From: Marsupella aquatica
Lineage: Eukaryota; Plantae; Marchantiophyta
Length of the DNA: 64,000 bases
Assembly (NCBI GenBank): GCA_973895155.1
Contig: OZ316899.1
Location: 13,581,934-13,645,933 of the forward strand
Direction: 5' to 3'
Below the pieces are notes generated by a model. The model was given only the letters and a program-made list of their open reading frames with translations, searched no databases and was not told where the DNA came from. The translations under genes were made by a program, and so were the position numbers. Positions 1-13,791 of this stretch are shown here, one piece after another (position 1 is the stretch's first letter; every line of letters begins with the position of its first letter).

Positions 1-1557
1 GTTGTTCCTCGGGTGGCCTAGTCTCCTGTGCCATATCTCGGTAAGTGTACCTTGTGGTGTGCCAGTGTAGAAGCTGTGGATTTCAGTAGTGTAACAACCG
101 GGGGGTGATGCTCTCAGGATCTCTCTGATTTTGGTATTTGGTGGTTCCCCCGAGGTGATGTACAAGACTTCCCATCCTTGTTGAGTGCCCGTCTTAATAT
201 GTAGCTTGTTACCACGGATATCCCCAAAGCTTAGTAAGTTTTTGGTTGCCTTTGGGGCGTATATTGCAGACTCCACATGAATTATCGTCCCACGGGGTAG
301 GGTGATCAATGCTGGTCCAAATCCCTCTTTCAATTGATGCTGGCCCATAATCATTGTAAGTTTTCTTTGGGATGGTATAATTTGCTTGAAGTATTCCTTA
401 TGCTTAAAAATGGAATGCAATGTACCACTATCGACTATGCAGTGGGAAAATTTTTCTTTGATACTAGAATCAGGTGTGGTCTTTGATATGACCATGTTTA
501 TAGTTGGTATAATTTATGTGGATTCTAGGAAAGTCCCATACGTCTCAGGTTCATTTTGTGCAGTGCTCTTCTTATATAGTTGCACTAGGTGTGTAGGTGC
601 ACGGCAGAATTTTTGAATGTGGCCTTTAGTGCCACAATGAAAACAGGTAGAGGGGTTTTCGTATTTATCTCTTTGAGTGCTTTGCTGTTGATAGTTGCCT
701 TGCTGCCAATTGTTTCTGAAGTTACCGCCAGTGTTTTGGTATCTTCCCCTGGATCTGCCTCTGAAGTTGTTGCTTCTGGCTCCGCGTCCTCTGAAAGAGC
801 TACCTCGGCCTCTGTATGTGTTTCTCCCCCTGAAACTACCTCGGCCACGGTAAGATGAGCCCTCTCCCCTCTGGGTTGTAACATAGTGGGATTCTGAATT
901 TGTGACTGGAGGGAGAGTTCCAGGGTGTCGTTTTTGGGAATTCTGTAATAGCAATAGCTGGTGCTTTTCAGCCAGGAGCATATGGGCAATCTATTCGGAA
1001 TATTGTGTGAATCGCATATTGCGATATTGGGTAGAGAGAATGAGATTTGTAGAGTGAAGGATAGAGAGCATTTCTCAATCTGTTTGTCATCATTAACGGG
1101 ATGGCCACATATGGCCAATTGGGATACAATCCAAAATAATTTGCAATTGTAATCCGCGATTGTTTTATGGTCCTGGACCCGGAGATTTATCCAATCATGT
1201 CTGGCCGCAGGCAGGTGTATGGTGCGCGTGTGGTCAAAGCGTGATTGACGTGCGTCCCAAAGGACTCTCGGATTATATTCGTTCATGTACTGTTGCTTCA
1301 AAGAGTCACTCAAATGGTGTCAAATTAGTATCAATGCCTGCACTTTTGCTAAAGTGTTTGGCCATTGTCAGTTATTACTGTATCCTGTAGATTCTTTGAA
1401 GTTAGATGAGCTTCACCATCAAGCATCCATGACAAATAGTTGGCACCATCGATGCTGAGTGGTTGAAATAAGAGTTTCTCCATAGAATTCTTTGACATAT
1501 TGCTAGATTCTAGTGGTGTAATTTCTTATTGGTAAGCACAAGGTTGCAATTGTATTT
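1..1557 (-). mobile_element. Ty1/Copia retrotransposon, degenerate gag-protease-GAG-pre-integrase, runs off the left edge
   Basis: ATG near 1498; gag ORF 585..1313; zinc knuckle CFHCGTKGHIQKFC (514..981); protease CIVDSGT near 430-450; WHRRLGHP near 10-40; frameshifts and stops. Confidence 0.85.
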
Positions 1558-2409
1558 CCTGGGAAAATGTTTTTTATAATAAAAAAGGGAGACTGCAAAA
1601 ACCCCACGGCCGGGGGGAAGCAAACAGCCCCATAGATATAACATCACAACTCCCTCAGGGAGGCCAGCTGGCAAAAGCAAAGGCCAGAATCACAATAAAA
1701 ATGGGGAGACTAAACCTAGTGGCCCAAAACGTGAGTGACCCACACATCATGTCAACTTGTAGAGCCCTAGAGCCGATAAGCAAGGTAACCCATTCACCCT
1801 CTTCCAATAACTATCACTCCTAGACCAGCAACGCAGCCACTGAGGTGACTCTGCCAGTACTTCTAGCAAACCAATGTCGTCGTTCTAAAACTATGAGATC
1901 CCTAGCCTTAGCCAGTCTGATGCGCCGCCCACCAATGGGGAGGCACCAGCCAGCAGACCGTAAGTGAGTCTCAGTTTCCGAGAGGACCAGCCCAAAATCA
2001 AATACTCGGATCAGCTTTTTCTCAAAAATCTGCTCATTTTGTCCCATCCATAGAGCCCACAGCATTTGATAATGCAGGAAAAAGCAGGCAGATTGAGTGT
2101 GTTCTGGAATCAGCAGCAACAAGGAGTTCCAGGCTACCCCAACCCCTGCCAAACAGTTGTCTCAAGGAGCTGGACTCTCCGATTCCCCAACAGAGCATGG
2201 CGTGAGCACAGCCAAAGAAAAGGTGGGGGATGCTTTCAATTCTCCCAGGACAAACATGGCATATACCTGAGCCTGCACCAATCTTAGCAGCCCAAGATCC
2301 GTGAAGAGACCACCAACTATCAAGCGCCAAATGAATGTTTTTGCCCTGGAAGACAAATCAGAACTCCAAATTTGAGTCCAGACAGAATTCCATTCTGTTT
2401 CCAATCGCG
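1558..2409 (-). mobile_element. 5'-truncated L1-like LINE (zf-RVT region and 3' end)
   Basis: WSSDLSSRAKTFIWRLIVGGLFT and CHVCPGRIESIPHLFFGC resemble the LINE at 57365-61985; 9-bp TSD ATTGTATTT at 1549-1557 and 2410-2418. Confidence 0.85.
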
Positions 2410-3393
2410 ATTGTATTTGTATTTGTATTTGGGTGTCCTATCTCAATTTCATTCCATTGTTGAAATTTGAGAAAGAGGATATGGAATTGCAAATTGTAGT
2501 TGGTGAATTGAAATTTCTTATCTCAATGTTCGACTTTGCATCCAATTCATTTCATGTGTAATCTCGATTTATAACATTCCATCCCCCTTGATTGTTCTGA
2601 CCACCGCTGCACCTTTGCCTGCCATAAATCCTTTCCTAAACGGTTGCAAATCTGTCTCAAAAGGAGAAGGAGGGATGATTTTAAAAAAAGTTTGATTCAA
2701 ATCAGCATCGTGCTGATAACGTGTTGTGAGGTATAGAACAACTAATTCATCATTCATCATTCCACCATTACATATAGCTCCTTAGGTGACTAGGTAGTTA
2801 GGCGGTTGGGCTTAGCCTAACTGTAGTAGGGGTTTAACCCTAGGTAGGTAGGTTTAGACACGGGTTATAACAGGATGAAATATGAATACAATGTGCAAAA
2901 TGTAAAATGGCAGGCTTTGGCAGGGGGCGTCTTTGTAAAGTCGGAGGGACAACTTTTTTTCTAAGTGTGAAATCTGAGGTTCACAACTTCATTAGTTCTC
3001 AGTGACTTTCATCAGTCACTGATATCAGTCCACGCCCAAAACTCAGCAATGTCGCCGACATGGACGTAATTCACACCCATAGTCAAACCCTATGTCGGCG
3101 TCCACTCCGACATTGTTTTGGGTTGTGCAGTTTGGACAATTAGTAATGTCAGCTGCCTCTCTAACCATCTTGGCGCCCTCTCCAAGATATCCTTGGAGTG
3201 TTGTTTCATCTCGGCTGAGCTCGCCAAGATGAAAACATACTTAACAACGTGTACAACATAGCATATAAAATAGGAGCCACATTAAGAATATTTGGACGAC
3301 ACACTTTTATTAAGCTTTGTACAGTTACAACAATGTTGTCTATTTCAAATTTTTGAACTAAATTCCACTAGGCTGCGTCTCCATGTTCCATCT

Positions 3394-4196
3394 CTACAGG
3401 CTAATTGTCTGGCAGACAAGGTCCACAACAATCTTTTGCCGCATGATGTCTATAAGTGCAGGGTCAAAGGTCAGTACTTCGCCTCTAGAAATATGCTCCA
3501 TGTAGATTATGATATGTACACCACAATTGTAATCATCCCCTTGACCTGTAATGTTATCTTGGTAAAGGCGTGGCCATTCTAATGGACATAACAAGGGACA
3601 ACCCCGCAAGATGGAGAGGCCCAAAAGAAACTTAGCTATATTCAACACTTCTATGCCATCCTGTACTTGGGGCACAAGCGGATCAAGTAAATGTAGTTGT
3701 CGCAAGGTAGTATCAACCGCAACTAGCACCTAGTGTTTTGGCTGGTAGACGGGGATTAAAATTTACTCGTGGTCCACATTTTAATGCCCCGCCAATATGC
3801 CAACGCTGTGTTGAAGTTATATTCTGGACTTGTCATCACTTGGTAAAAATGTGTTGGCAATAACATGGTCTTGGGTAAATCAAGGGTTTGTGCTCTTTGT
3901 TCCAGTAAAGCAATGTAAGCATTGATGATGTTGCAAGTGAGCCATTTTTTTGGCCTCAAGCATTTTAAATGTGCCCTCGTTAAGTGCACGTCCTCGATTG
4001 TCACTATGACCTCTTGTTGGTCCGCCTTGGGGTCCAATGCCTTCTTCACTATCGCCAAAAATTTGGATGCTTGTTGTTGTGCAAGCACTCCTTTGTTTGC
4101 AAGCCCCACCTCTTTCACTACTGGCCGGGGAGTTAGACCCTCATTCACTGGTTGCTCAGGTCTCTCCTGAGCTGCAATGAAGGTAAATTCACTCAA
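3394..4196 (-). pseudogene. Ulp1/C48 SUMO-protease-like pseudogene, probably transposon cargo
   Basis: LRPKKWLTCNIINAY; H-stop(W)-VLVAVD; LLDPL; QGDDYNCGVH, giving His/Asp/Gln-Cys; frameshift and stop. Confidence 0.75.
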
Positions 4197-4646
4197 ACAT
4201 TACTCTTTGGAACTAGAGCTTGATAAACTTATACTTACATGGTGAGTTTGGAGACTGTCACTTCTACCAAGCTACTCTCATCCGATTGAGCTTTTTTTGC
4301 CCTATCATTGACAAATGTGAGAGTTTTCCTTTTTCTCTCTTTTACACAACAAGGCACTATTTCTTCATGATACATATCAGCAGCATAGCACGAAAGGGTT
4401 AACTTCTCCGGCAAGAAATATGTCAAAGCTTCCTCCCACACGAGCTTGACAAGCCGTCTGTCCTAGTTGTCCCATTCCGCTGTAGCTGACTTGGTAGTCC
4501 TGTTTGTTGAGAACTGCTACTTAAGTAGTTATACTTAAATCCAATCAAATAATGTATTGCGCCCAAAATAGACGTAAACAAGAAGGCATCTGTCGGGGAA
4601 GGTAGTCGACATGGATAGCCCAGCAGATATCGACTATTCCATCCAG

Positions 4647-4880
4647 ATGGATCTTGGAGAGGGCAACCAAGATTGACTCTTCAATTGACGGATCTTGGAG
4701 AGGCAAGCCTTGATGACTCTTCCATCAATAGATCTTGGAGAGGGCAGCCAAGATTGACTCTTCAATTGATGGATCTCGGAGAGGCAAGCCTTGATGACTC
4801 TTCCATCGACGGATCTTGGAGAGGCCAGCCAAGATTGACTCTTCCATTGACGGATCTTGGAGAGGCCAGCCGAGATGACT
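4647..4880. repeat. Minisatellite, about 40-bp unit (GGATCTTGGAGAGG core), about 6 copies
   Basis: Direct repeats visible in the sequence; two alternating variants give an ~80-bp period. Confidence 0.9.
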
Positions 4881-4883
4881 ATT

Positions 4884-6230
4884 TGTCGCGCCCATAACCC
4901 GGGCCTTAAATCCAAGTTAGTTCCATGGGGCGACCACAACCACCAGTAGGGGTGAGGGTTCGGGCAAGGAGGTGTGTAGTGGTCCTAATTAGCCCTAAGT
5001 TGGGCTAAGTCAATATACTTACCGGTATAATACTTACGCAACTTGCACTGATCATAGGTATATTTGTTTTCCACCGCTGGAATATTCCCACAGTTAGTGA
5101 CTTGGACTAACTCCCGGCTTAGGGCTTTCAAGCCATCAACGCAACTTAGAACCTTGCAACATGCAAATTGTGGCAATCCCTACCATTAGTCCACAATCCA
5201 TATGTCCAGACAAACCATATGCCCACAATCCATATGCCCAGACAAAGCATACACACAATACCAGCTACTCGCGATAGAATCAAAGGGAAAAGACTACATT
5301 TACTCAACGAAGAATTGGTTTACATAGTTGACTCGACTTCTAAGGGGGTCAGCAGGCCTAACGGCAGTCAATGTCCAGTTTTTACGAGGCCCTGCCCTGC
5401 GCTTGCCCAACAAGCTCGACTCCGGCTCTCACTCCTTAGTGCACTCTGACCCTGCTCAGGCCGGGACTCCCTGTGCCTTGCCTTTTCTTGCACTAAGATA
5501 ACTAAGTCTCCCCCCCACAACAAAAGGGGAAGCCTAAATACTACGCTTGCAAAAAGGAACCGGAAGATACTACCATTCGGGGTAATGCCTATTGACTAAC
5601 TACCTTCTGACTAGCCGGCCGCATCTCCTCTGACCGGTTGACCATCAGATCAAGGCGGGGGCGTTGACCGGGGTGTCAGTAGCTAAGTCTACTAACCAAA
5701 ATTCTAGTCCATTGATGGACTCCATCCTACGCTGGATGATCCTAACTAATCCTATCCTAATCCTTCCTACTGGGCCACTAATCGGCACCTAATGACAGCT
5801 ATTTTGTCGTTCAGCCTAATGAAAAAAAGATGCCGTTGACCCAACCGTAATGAGCGACGCCTGCTTGCTCTCTCCGCTAACCACCCCTTACGTGCGAGCT
5901 ACGGTTGGTCCAGGGTTTGTCCTCTTGTCGGGATGAGACCTCGAGCCACCTTGATCAGAGGTGGGTCCAGGCCCATTCCGTTGACTTACAAGCAAGGTAA
6001 TGCGCTCTTGCAAGGCCTTGTTATCCCGTACTGCCTCCTCTCCCTTGTTTGCGGCTTTGTCGGCCTCGGTCTGGAGCCGTGCTACCTCTAGGCTGAGCTG
6101 GCCAATGGAGTCATGATGGGTCTGGTCCTGCGCCAGCAATTTATCTTGCTCGGCGGAGAGACTAGCCACCTGCAGGAATTGTTTGTTGAGGTCGGTCAGG
6201 CTAGTAACCCAAGCCGAGGACCCTGAGCAC
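4884..6230 (-). mobile_element. 3' fragment (coiled-coil ORF end and LTR) of a Gypsy family related to 14025-17930
   Basis: EVARLQTEADK resembles EVARLQTKAEK (53845..54318); terminus TGTCG; shares AACCCGGGC and GAGGGTTCG motifs with 14050-14100. Confidence 0.55.
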
Positions 6231-6239
6231 AGCTAAAGC

Positions 6240-7010
6240 ATAGTGTCGTCCAGCACTTCAAACCGTTCCACACATTTTTTCAAAACCATTCCACACATTT
6301 TTTTGACATGTACGTTTGCACGCAAATCTTGGGAACTAGTTGCCCAGACTTTTCCGGATCTGATCACTTGGCCTATTGCGGATCTGAAAGCTCTGATGGA
6401 CGCTTTCTCTGGACACATTCTTGCCCGTTCATTGATAATCTTTATGGTGTTTCAAGTTCTTTGGCACCTGTGGCTAGCACGGAATGACAGTGTCTTCAAT
6501 AATGGTAGAAGGCACAGCTTTGACCTACTTAGGATATTTTCGGAGATAATTGACCAGCTTCATGGCCTGTGTGAGGACTCTGGCCCCAGTAACCGGCGTA
6601 CTTGGCTGCTGCGGACTAAGGAGGAAACTATTAAGGAACGCTTGCTATGGGTTCCCCGTCCGGCGGCTAGATTCTCAGTATCTTAGTTTTTAGTTACTTA
6701 GTTCCTTCTCTTAGTCTCTCTTGGCTTTAGGGCTTCTGCCCTTCTTGGTTCTTGCATCTTGGATGGGTTCCCTGGCTGTGACCTGCTGGCAGAACTGGAG
6801 TCGTGGGGTTATGTTGTGAGACCATCATCTTCTGAGGGTCTCAGGGCAGACTGGTTCTAGAAGTAGTTTGGTTTATTCGCGTTGCTTCTCTTTGTCTTTC
6901 ACTCCCTTGGCTTTTGGCCTTCCCTTTTGAGGGTCTCATTGTTGCCTTTTGGCCCCCTTTCCCGTAGGGTTGTGCGGGTTTTATTGAAAAAAAATAAAAA
7001 TTTAAAAATG
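6240..7010 (+). mobile_element. LINE 3' fragment with A-rich tail
   Basis: KTIPHIFLTC...LWHLWLARNDSVF (zf-RVT/C-terminal region); A-rich tail near 6987-7008. Confidence 0.75.
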
Positions 7011-7326
7011 TGTTCAGATTTTGTGGGGTACTCATTATAAATTGAAATGCATGGTGTGTACTAGGTGACAAGGAAGTTCAACGCCAGGCTATCAAAGTGG
7101 GACTGTCAAAGCAAGACTACTGTGATTGTTTCAAGCCTTTGATTGTGCCAATGTCAAGTCACGCGTGTTAATTTGCATTGCGCTCCTTGACATGCAAGCA
7201 AATAGTGGGAGCAGGGGCTACGTAGAGCTTCTAAATCCCTTCTTTATGTTACATGAGTAGGCCAAAATGGTCACAATCAATCAGGTATCTGATGCCCTAG
7301 CAAGAGAGAAGCTGGAGAAGTGAAGA

Positions 7327-9925
7327 TTGGCAAACCGCAAATCCAAGTTGAAAAAACAAGAGCAGATAGCAAGTGGTCAGCAAGGAGGTGGTCACCAACC
7401 ATCTCTCTCTGATGAAATGATTCTTGAAGCACAAAAGCAATGCGATCTCATGATGGAGAGTGCAAAGCAACAATGCCAAGATTTAGTAATTGATGGCAAC
7501 CAAAGGCAAAGAGAGATATTGGCTCCTGGGCAATCAGGGGCAATCAGAATTAGTAATGAGGCTCATGAAGCTGCCACTGTGATCTTGCATACAGCCCAAG
7601 AAGAAAGTGAAATTCTTATGGAGACTGCACATTCATGCCTTGCCAAGATTTTAGAGTCTAGGCAGGGGTCCCTAAGTGCAAGCTTCTAGAACAGGATGCC
7701 CACATTCAAATGGTAGAACAAAGCACCCAAACTACTTGCAGACAAGTGCAGGCAGCCCACATTAGTCCACTTAATGAAGGTGAGCAAGGTCACAACTCTG
7801 GCTGTGATCGTCAAGTGCAGCAAGCTGCCATGCTTGAGAAGAGAAGGACGGATGCAGGCAGGAAGATAATTGAATATGAAAGGAAGAAGCGCCTTGCTGC
7901 TGATGATTGTGAAATTCTCAATCAAAAGCGTAGGTGTATCACAACTGTCTTCTCAGACATAGTTAGGTACATTTTGGAGAAGACTGCTACATTCAATCTA
8001 GGTGCAAGGAGGGCAGTACTATCTAGGGTCACGACTAGTTCACCTAAAGTAGACGGGGCTGTAGCTACTGCATTGATTGATGTGAGAAAAACCTTGAGCA
8101 TAGTGAAGCCAGGGAAGCGCAAAGACCACCTTGCTGCAAAGTACCAAGTTCTGTCAGCACTTGTAGGAAAGACATGTGTAGATAAAAGGCAGCAGACCGC
8201 TCTAGCGAAAGCTTTGGGTATACAACGGCAAAATCTTCATAGTGCATCTAAGATGAGGATTCAGATTGATGCAGACAGTACAAAAATGTCTCCTATGGGG
8301 GAAAGAAAGGTACGTCGAGACAAGATTTCTGATGAAGTTCAAATCCAGGTGGCACACTTTTGGGAAACTCACACTAGGATTTCTCCATGTAAGAATAATC
8401 AAACCAGATTGCGACTAGGATGGAAAATGGTTCAAACACATCAAGTGCACTGGCTAGAGGATACACAAGTGAGAAACTCTATGTGATTGATGCAATTGTT
8501 ATGTCCATTTTGCCAGATTTGATTTAACTCTTATCTCCAGTCCTTGATGAGTAATTTTCCTTGTTAGTCAGCCATTGTGATCGCTACAAGTACCCATTGT
8601 GTTGTAAAGGTAAGATTTGAATAAATTTTGTGGACTGATGTCCTGTATATAGTCCTTTAGGAAGAAGTTTGGTCCTTGACAAAGAGGTAATTTTTTTCAG
8701 GAGGGACTATGTACAGGACTAGGGACTTTAGTCCTTTGTCAAAGTCTTTCCTTATGGTCCTTTGACAAAGGACTAAAGACTGTTAGTAGTCCATAGTCAA
8801 GAACTATTAACAGTCCTTGATGAAGGACTATGATCAGGACTGTAGTCCTTCCCCAAGGACCTTAATAGTCCTTTCCAAAGGACTGTATAAAAGGACTAGG
8901 ACTATAGTCCTTTCAAAAAGGACTATAGTCCTTACTCAAGGACTTTACTCCTTTTCCAAGGACTCTACTCCTTTTCCAAGGACTCTACTCTTTTTCCAAG
9001 GACTAGAGTTTTTTCTCAAGGACTTTACTCCTTTTCCAAGGACTCTACTCCTTTTCCGAGGACTGTAGTCCTTTCTCAAGGACTTTACTCCTTTTCCAAG
9101 GACTCTACTCCTTTTACAAGGACTATAGTCCTTTTCCGAGGACTCCTATTTCAAGTTTTTTAAGTCAAGTGCATTGAGTACTTGAGTCCTTCCAGATTGA
9201 TTCTACTCCTTCCCTAAGAACTTTAGTCCTTCACCTCTCCTGGTAGAGTCTTCCCAATAAGAGCTCGAACCCTTACTGAAGGACTGTAGTTGCAGGCAGA
9301 ACTGAAAGTCCTTCAGTAAGTAGTAGTACCCACATACATGGGTTTTTGTGGCTGCACATTTGAGGGTATCCGTTCCTAACAGTCTTTCTAACAAAAATAA
9401 TGTATGTCTTGTATATGTGCAGTTTCGATTTTTTCAGCATTTTGTGACTGGTGCACAAGGGAGCAGAATGGGGTGTCTATAGGGATGCAGCCATTTATAT
9501 ACTTCAAGCCATATTATGTCCGTAAGATGAAAGACATAAATGTTTGTTGTTGCAAACAACATGTGGAGATGGACTTACTCAAAGAGGCAATTAACAAATT
9601 CAGGCGGCACCAGCACAACAAGGACTGTCCTTGTGAATGTGATACCTGTAGACCCTTGGGTGTTGTACCCATCTCTTCTTGTATGGCATCTACAAAGTTC
9701 ATAACCTCAGTTTGTGGTTGGATAGAGGAAGCTCTTTTTCATAGAGTGCCTGAGACAGAGTGGCACCAAAAAGCCTGTATTATGGGTGAATGTGAAGAAT
9801 GTGGAGTAGAGAAGTTGGATTGGTGCACTCAAGAGTTGGACCTTGCATAGAATCAAATGATCAAATGACAGACATTTGAATATCGTGACCTGGATGACAC
9901 TGCCCAACAGAAGAGAGAAAAAAAA
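7327..9925 (+). pseudogene. Cys-rich DNA-transposase-like gene, N-terminal half (tentatively Sola2-like), intron-containing and truncated by an insertion
   Basis: ORFs 7710..8486 and 9404..9850 with FKPYYV...CCCKQH, CPCECDTC and CIMGECEEC; candidate GT near 8469 and AG near 9436; no catalytic DDE region seen. Confidence 0.45.
8642..9280. repeat. AGGACT/AGTCCT-rich array including ~21-bp tandem units (about 8930-9145)
   Basis: Repeated CCTTTTCCAAGGACTCTACT-like units; the motif occurs in both orientations. Confidence 0.9.
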
Positions 9926-9926
9926 G

Positions 9927-12370
9927 CCGTGGAACTCGACTACCTTAACACTTAGCTCTGGCGTCGCTGACTCTGATGCCAAACTCCCTTATGGTCCAAG
10001 CCTGGATAGGCCATCCGTGGAGGACTTAGCATGGGGAGACTTGTGGGCAATGAGACGCGGCACTAGCAAAAGCAAGGCGCCAAGATGGTGACACGCACTA
10101 AGAACTTAGACTAGCTGAGTGCTGGTCGGGTCAAGGGGAAAGGGGCCGGGCTCAAGGTTGACTATCCGGACCCTTGGACGGACTTTGAGTTCCGAGGGCT
10201 TGAGTGAGAGATCCTCTTGGGCCCAAGGCCAACGGAGTTGATGCCATGGGCAACGGACGCTTGGGGCGCAAGTTATGGCCCGATCCGGGTTTGGACAATC
10301 GGGCGACGATGAGATCTGAGGGCCTAGGCATGAGCACTGGGTTGGCCAGATCACAACGGGCTAAGGCACTCCGCTTGCAGACGCCTAACTAGGAAATTAT
10401 TGATGTTGCCAGTTGGTGGCACGCACAGACATGCGGGATAGGATCCTGGTTGTGGACCAAAAAGTTGAGGACCAAAGTTAGTCCGGAGGTGGCAGGTCTC
10501 CAAAATCATATATGAGGGGAGTGGTGTCTTCCTGGGGGCTAAGGGCAAGCCAAAGTTGTGAGTCGCGACGGTCCCTACACTAAGGGAAAACTCCAAACGG
10601 AAATGGCGATAACTTCCCAAGAGGAAGTCCGTTGGAAGACTTATTGGGTGCATTGGAAATCTCTCAAGGAGGGCTACATCCTCCTGAGATCATCTGGGTC
10701 TGGGGGCATTTTAGTTTCTTGAGGTTTGCGGGTGTTATCTCGCCTGCTTGCCAAATCCTGCCAAAACAGTAGCCAAGTCACGTTCAGTCTCTTAAGGAAG
10801 CTTGCATTGGGGAGGCAAGGCCAAGTAGGCATGGAGTTGAGTTCCAAGGGCACTTGGCCCCTAGACCATCAGTGGGGTGAGAACCAGGAGTTGGTTGCTA
10901 AAGTCGGAGCCGGTCTGGCCCCGACATGTTGGGACAAGCTTGGGGACAAGCTTTAGGAAAGCTACGCTAATTGGGCCATGAGCATGTCATGGGGTAGGGC
11001 GGTCAGTTGGTGATGGATAGGTACAAGGGATAACCCGAGCTGCACCCAAGGAAGGAGTTGTTCTGGATGAACAGTGGGCAATGACGGCTCCAACTTGGAT
11101 GGATGCGACAATGATGCAGAAGCTGAATCGGAGGAAGAGGGTCAGGACCCGTAAGAGGAACTGATCTTAGCCTTGAGAGGGTTGGACGCAGAACCAAAGG
11201 ATGATGTCAAGCCGGATGTCATCATGGATAATTTGACCAAGCAGAACTAGGGCGATGTGGGTGATGCCTCAGCCCCGGGAAATCATGGTGCCCGCAAGTC
11301 ATGGGGATGTCACCAAAATCCACAAAGGAACCTAAGGATAGGCGGCCCGCAAAGGAAAGACGGTTGGAGGACCGTCCTTATACAACCCGCAAGGGCCCAA
11401 CAGTTGACAACGGTTTGGGTCCGCTGACTCAAGACCAATGACTCATTTATGAGCAGTTGGAACACAACAAGGGGGCCCAGATTAAGTACTTACTTAGTCT
11501 GGATAGTCAGAGTGCGACGCATCCTGAGGGGGGAATGGTAGTTGGACGGAGTATGTTCCAAGTGAACCAGCTACCAACTCCTCCAACTTATGACGGGGCC
11601 TATGAACAAAGTGGACAAAAGTTTCTGAGTTGGCTCTCCACGATGGAGATCCATCTCCAAGCGTGTGTTGGGCAATCCACTTGCACTACCGCAATTGCTC
11701 CTGACCTGAAGGACTATGCCTTGACTCAGGTACAAGTCTTGGAAGAAATTGCGAGATGACTCCTCCTTGTCGTTAACTTGGGAAAACCTGGTTGAGGGTC
11801 TCCGTACTCATGTCACCACTAAGTACCCAAAGCGGCATGCTCAGAAATATGTAACAGAGTTGAGCTTCAGGGGTGATATCCAAAAGTTCATCACTTATTA
11901 CCAGAACCAGTTGGCGTGTATCCGGGCGAGGCAAGAGACCCTACATACACAGCTTCACAACTTTATAGTGAAGCTCCCGCCGTTGCTGAGGGAAAAGTTA
12001 TAGGAAAAGCATCATGAGTTTAAAACGCTTTCTCATGCCTTTGACAAGGCCACTATGCTGGTGAATAACCGGCCGGACTTGGCAAAGGTGGGTGGCAAGG
12101 GATCCAAGGGGGAAGCTGGGAAAACAAAAGGTGTCAGGAATAAGCGTAAGCAGCCTGAGGGGATGGGGACCAGTGGTTTGGATCCCCCAAAACAAAGAAG
12201 TGAAGCGTAACCAGAAGGCCGACAACTTCAAGAAAGGAACCTCATCGGCGCAAAAAGCGAAGAAGCAGGCGCTCATGGAGCAGAGGCGGGCTGAAGGTTT
12301 GTGCTACACGTGTGGCGCCATGGGCCATCAAAGTAAGGACTGCCCCTTGAAGGGGGCAACCCTCAGGCTA
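9927..12370 (+). mobile_element. Gypsy-like 5' region plus decayed gag
   Basis: 9928 to about 11100 matches the reverse complement of about 48330-49505; gag-like PPTYDG...TWENLVEGLR and zinc knuckle CYTCGAMGHQSKDCP. Confidence 0.65.
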
Positions 12371-13239
12371 GGACCTGGGTCCTATAAAGGACTTGAACTC
12401 CTTAGGCCTTGCTGTCCAAGCTAATTTCAAACAAAACAGTCACAACCCTAGTCAAAGACATAAAGGGACGGTTTGAGATAGAAAACCAATAGTTACCTGA
12501 TTGATTGTTTAGACTCCGTTCACAGCTTTGGCTCTTGTTTTCCGCCCTGATTTTATCTGCTGCTTATGAAATGATATTCTATGTTATTCAGTTCATAGTA
12601 CCCAAAAACCCTCAGATTCCATTTGCTATGGGTCTCTTACAAGAAGCTGCAATCATTTCCTGGAGTTCGAGCACTTGGGACGAAGAACAAGGGATTCAGT
12701 TGTACTGCTGGACCATGGAGGTGTTTCTCCTACTTCAGTTTGAACAAGGCTCAACAGTTGCCTGAATGAAACACGAGACACAGACTCAGGAGTAAAGGGC
12801 AAGGTGCCAAGCTCAAGAGGTGTCAATGGGGTACTGGTCACCTTGCTAGCTAATTCACTCTCCTGCTTCTGTTTCTTCCTCACATGCAGTTCATTGGTCA
12901 ATGTGGGATCCAACACTGGCATTTCAGGAGTCATCCTCATGAGCACCCTGTTCATGCACAGAAATAGTGTGGTTCACATTGCACAACCGCACAACTTGGA
13001 CTTGGGCTTCTTCCTGCACACATAAATGAAGACATAATTTACTACATGGCCCAAAACCGGAACCTTAGAAACCAAATACCAATTAAAACATGACAGTGTG
13101 CCTACACATACCAGAGCTTGCGTGGACTGCATTTGTTGCACAAGGTGACAACGTCTGCCCAAGCAGGCACTGTTTACCCCGTATGTTCCCTTCATCTCTT
13201 GAATATAGCCACCTTCATCCGATTGCAACTTGTCCTGCC

Positions 13240-13791
13240 CTATGTTTGGAAGACCCCAACTTCAAACCCAATCTTCCAAAAAGGGTTTCCCACATGCAAA
13301 GCAACAGGGTGCTCTTGTTTTGTCCCCCAACAATGTAATAAGCAATGTGGATGATATATGTGGCCACAACTTGCTGGAACCCAATTGAAACAATGGTACC
13401 CGTGGCAACAAATTGGGCAATTACTCACAAGCACTTTCGTTCCCACTATTGTAGTTGATGTGGGAACAAAGCAAGGTTGCAACACTGGACATGGATTGGA
13501 CAAAAGAGACTCCAAAATAACCAGTTCAGACTTTTGAGCTGCTGCAGACAACTCAAGGGGCTTCAGGTTTGCTTCCAATTGTGACTCTACAACTTTTAGA
13601 TGATGTACCTTCTCCGGTACCCGTTCAAAGCACTTGTTGTTGGTATCTATGAGCTTGTCAAATGTTGCCATCCCCTTTAGAATAAATGATTCACTGTTCT
13701 TCAACCCCTCCATGTCCTTGTTACCATCCTCCAACTTCTGCTGTAAGATAACAATGTAACTATCCTGTGCCCCCCATAAAGAAAACAGCAC
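13240..13791 (-). pseudogene. Coiled-coil plus RING-H2-like fragment, frameshifted
   Basis: CPICCHG...SCGHIYHPHCL, continuing in another frame as PCCFACGKPFLEDW. Confidence 0.5.
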
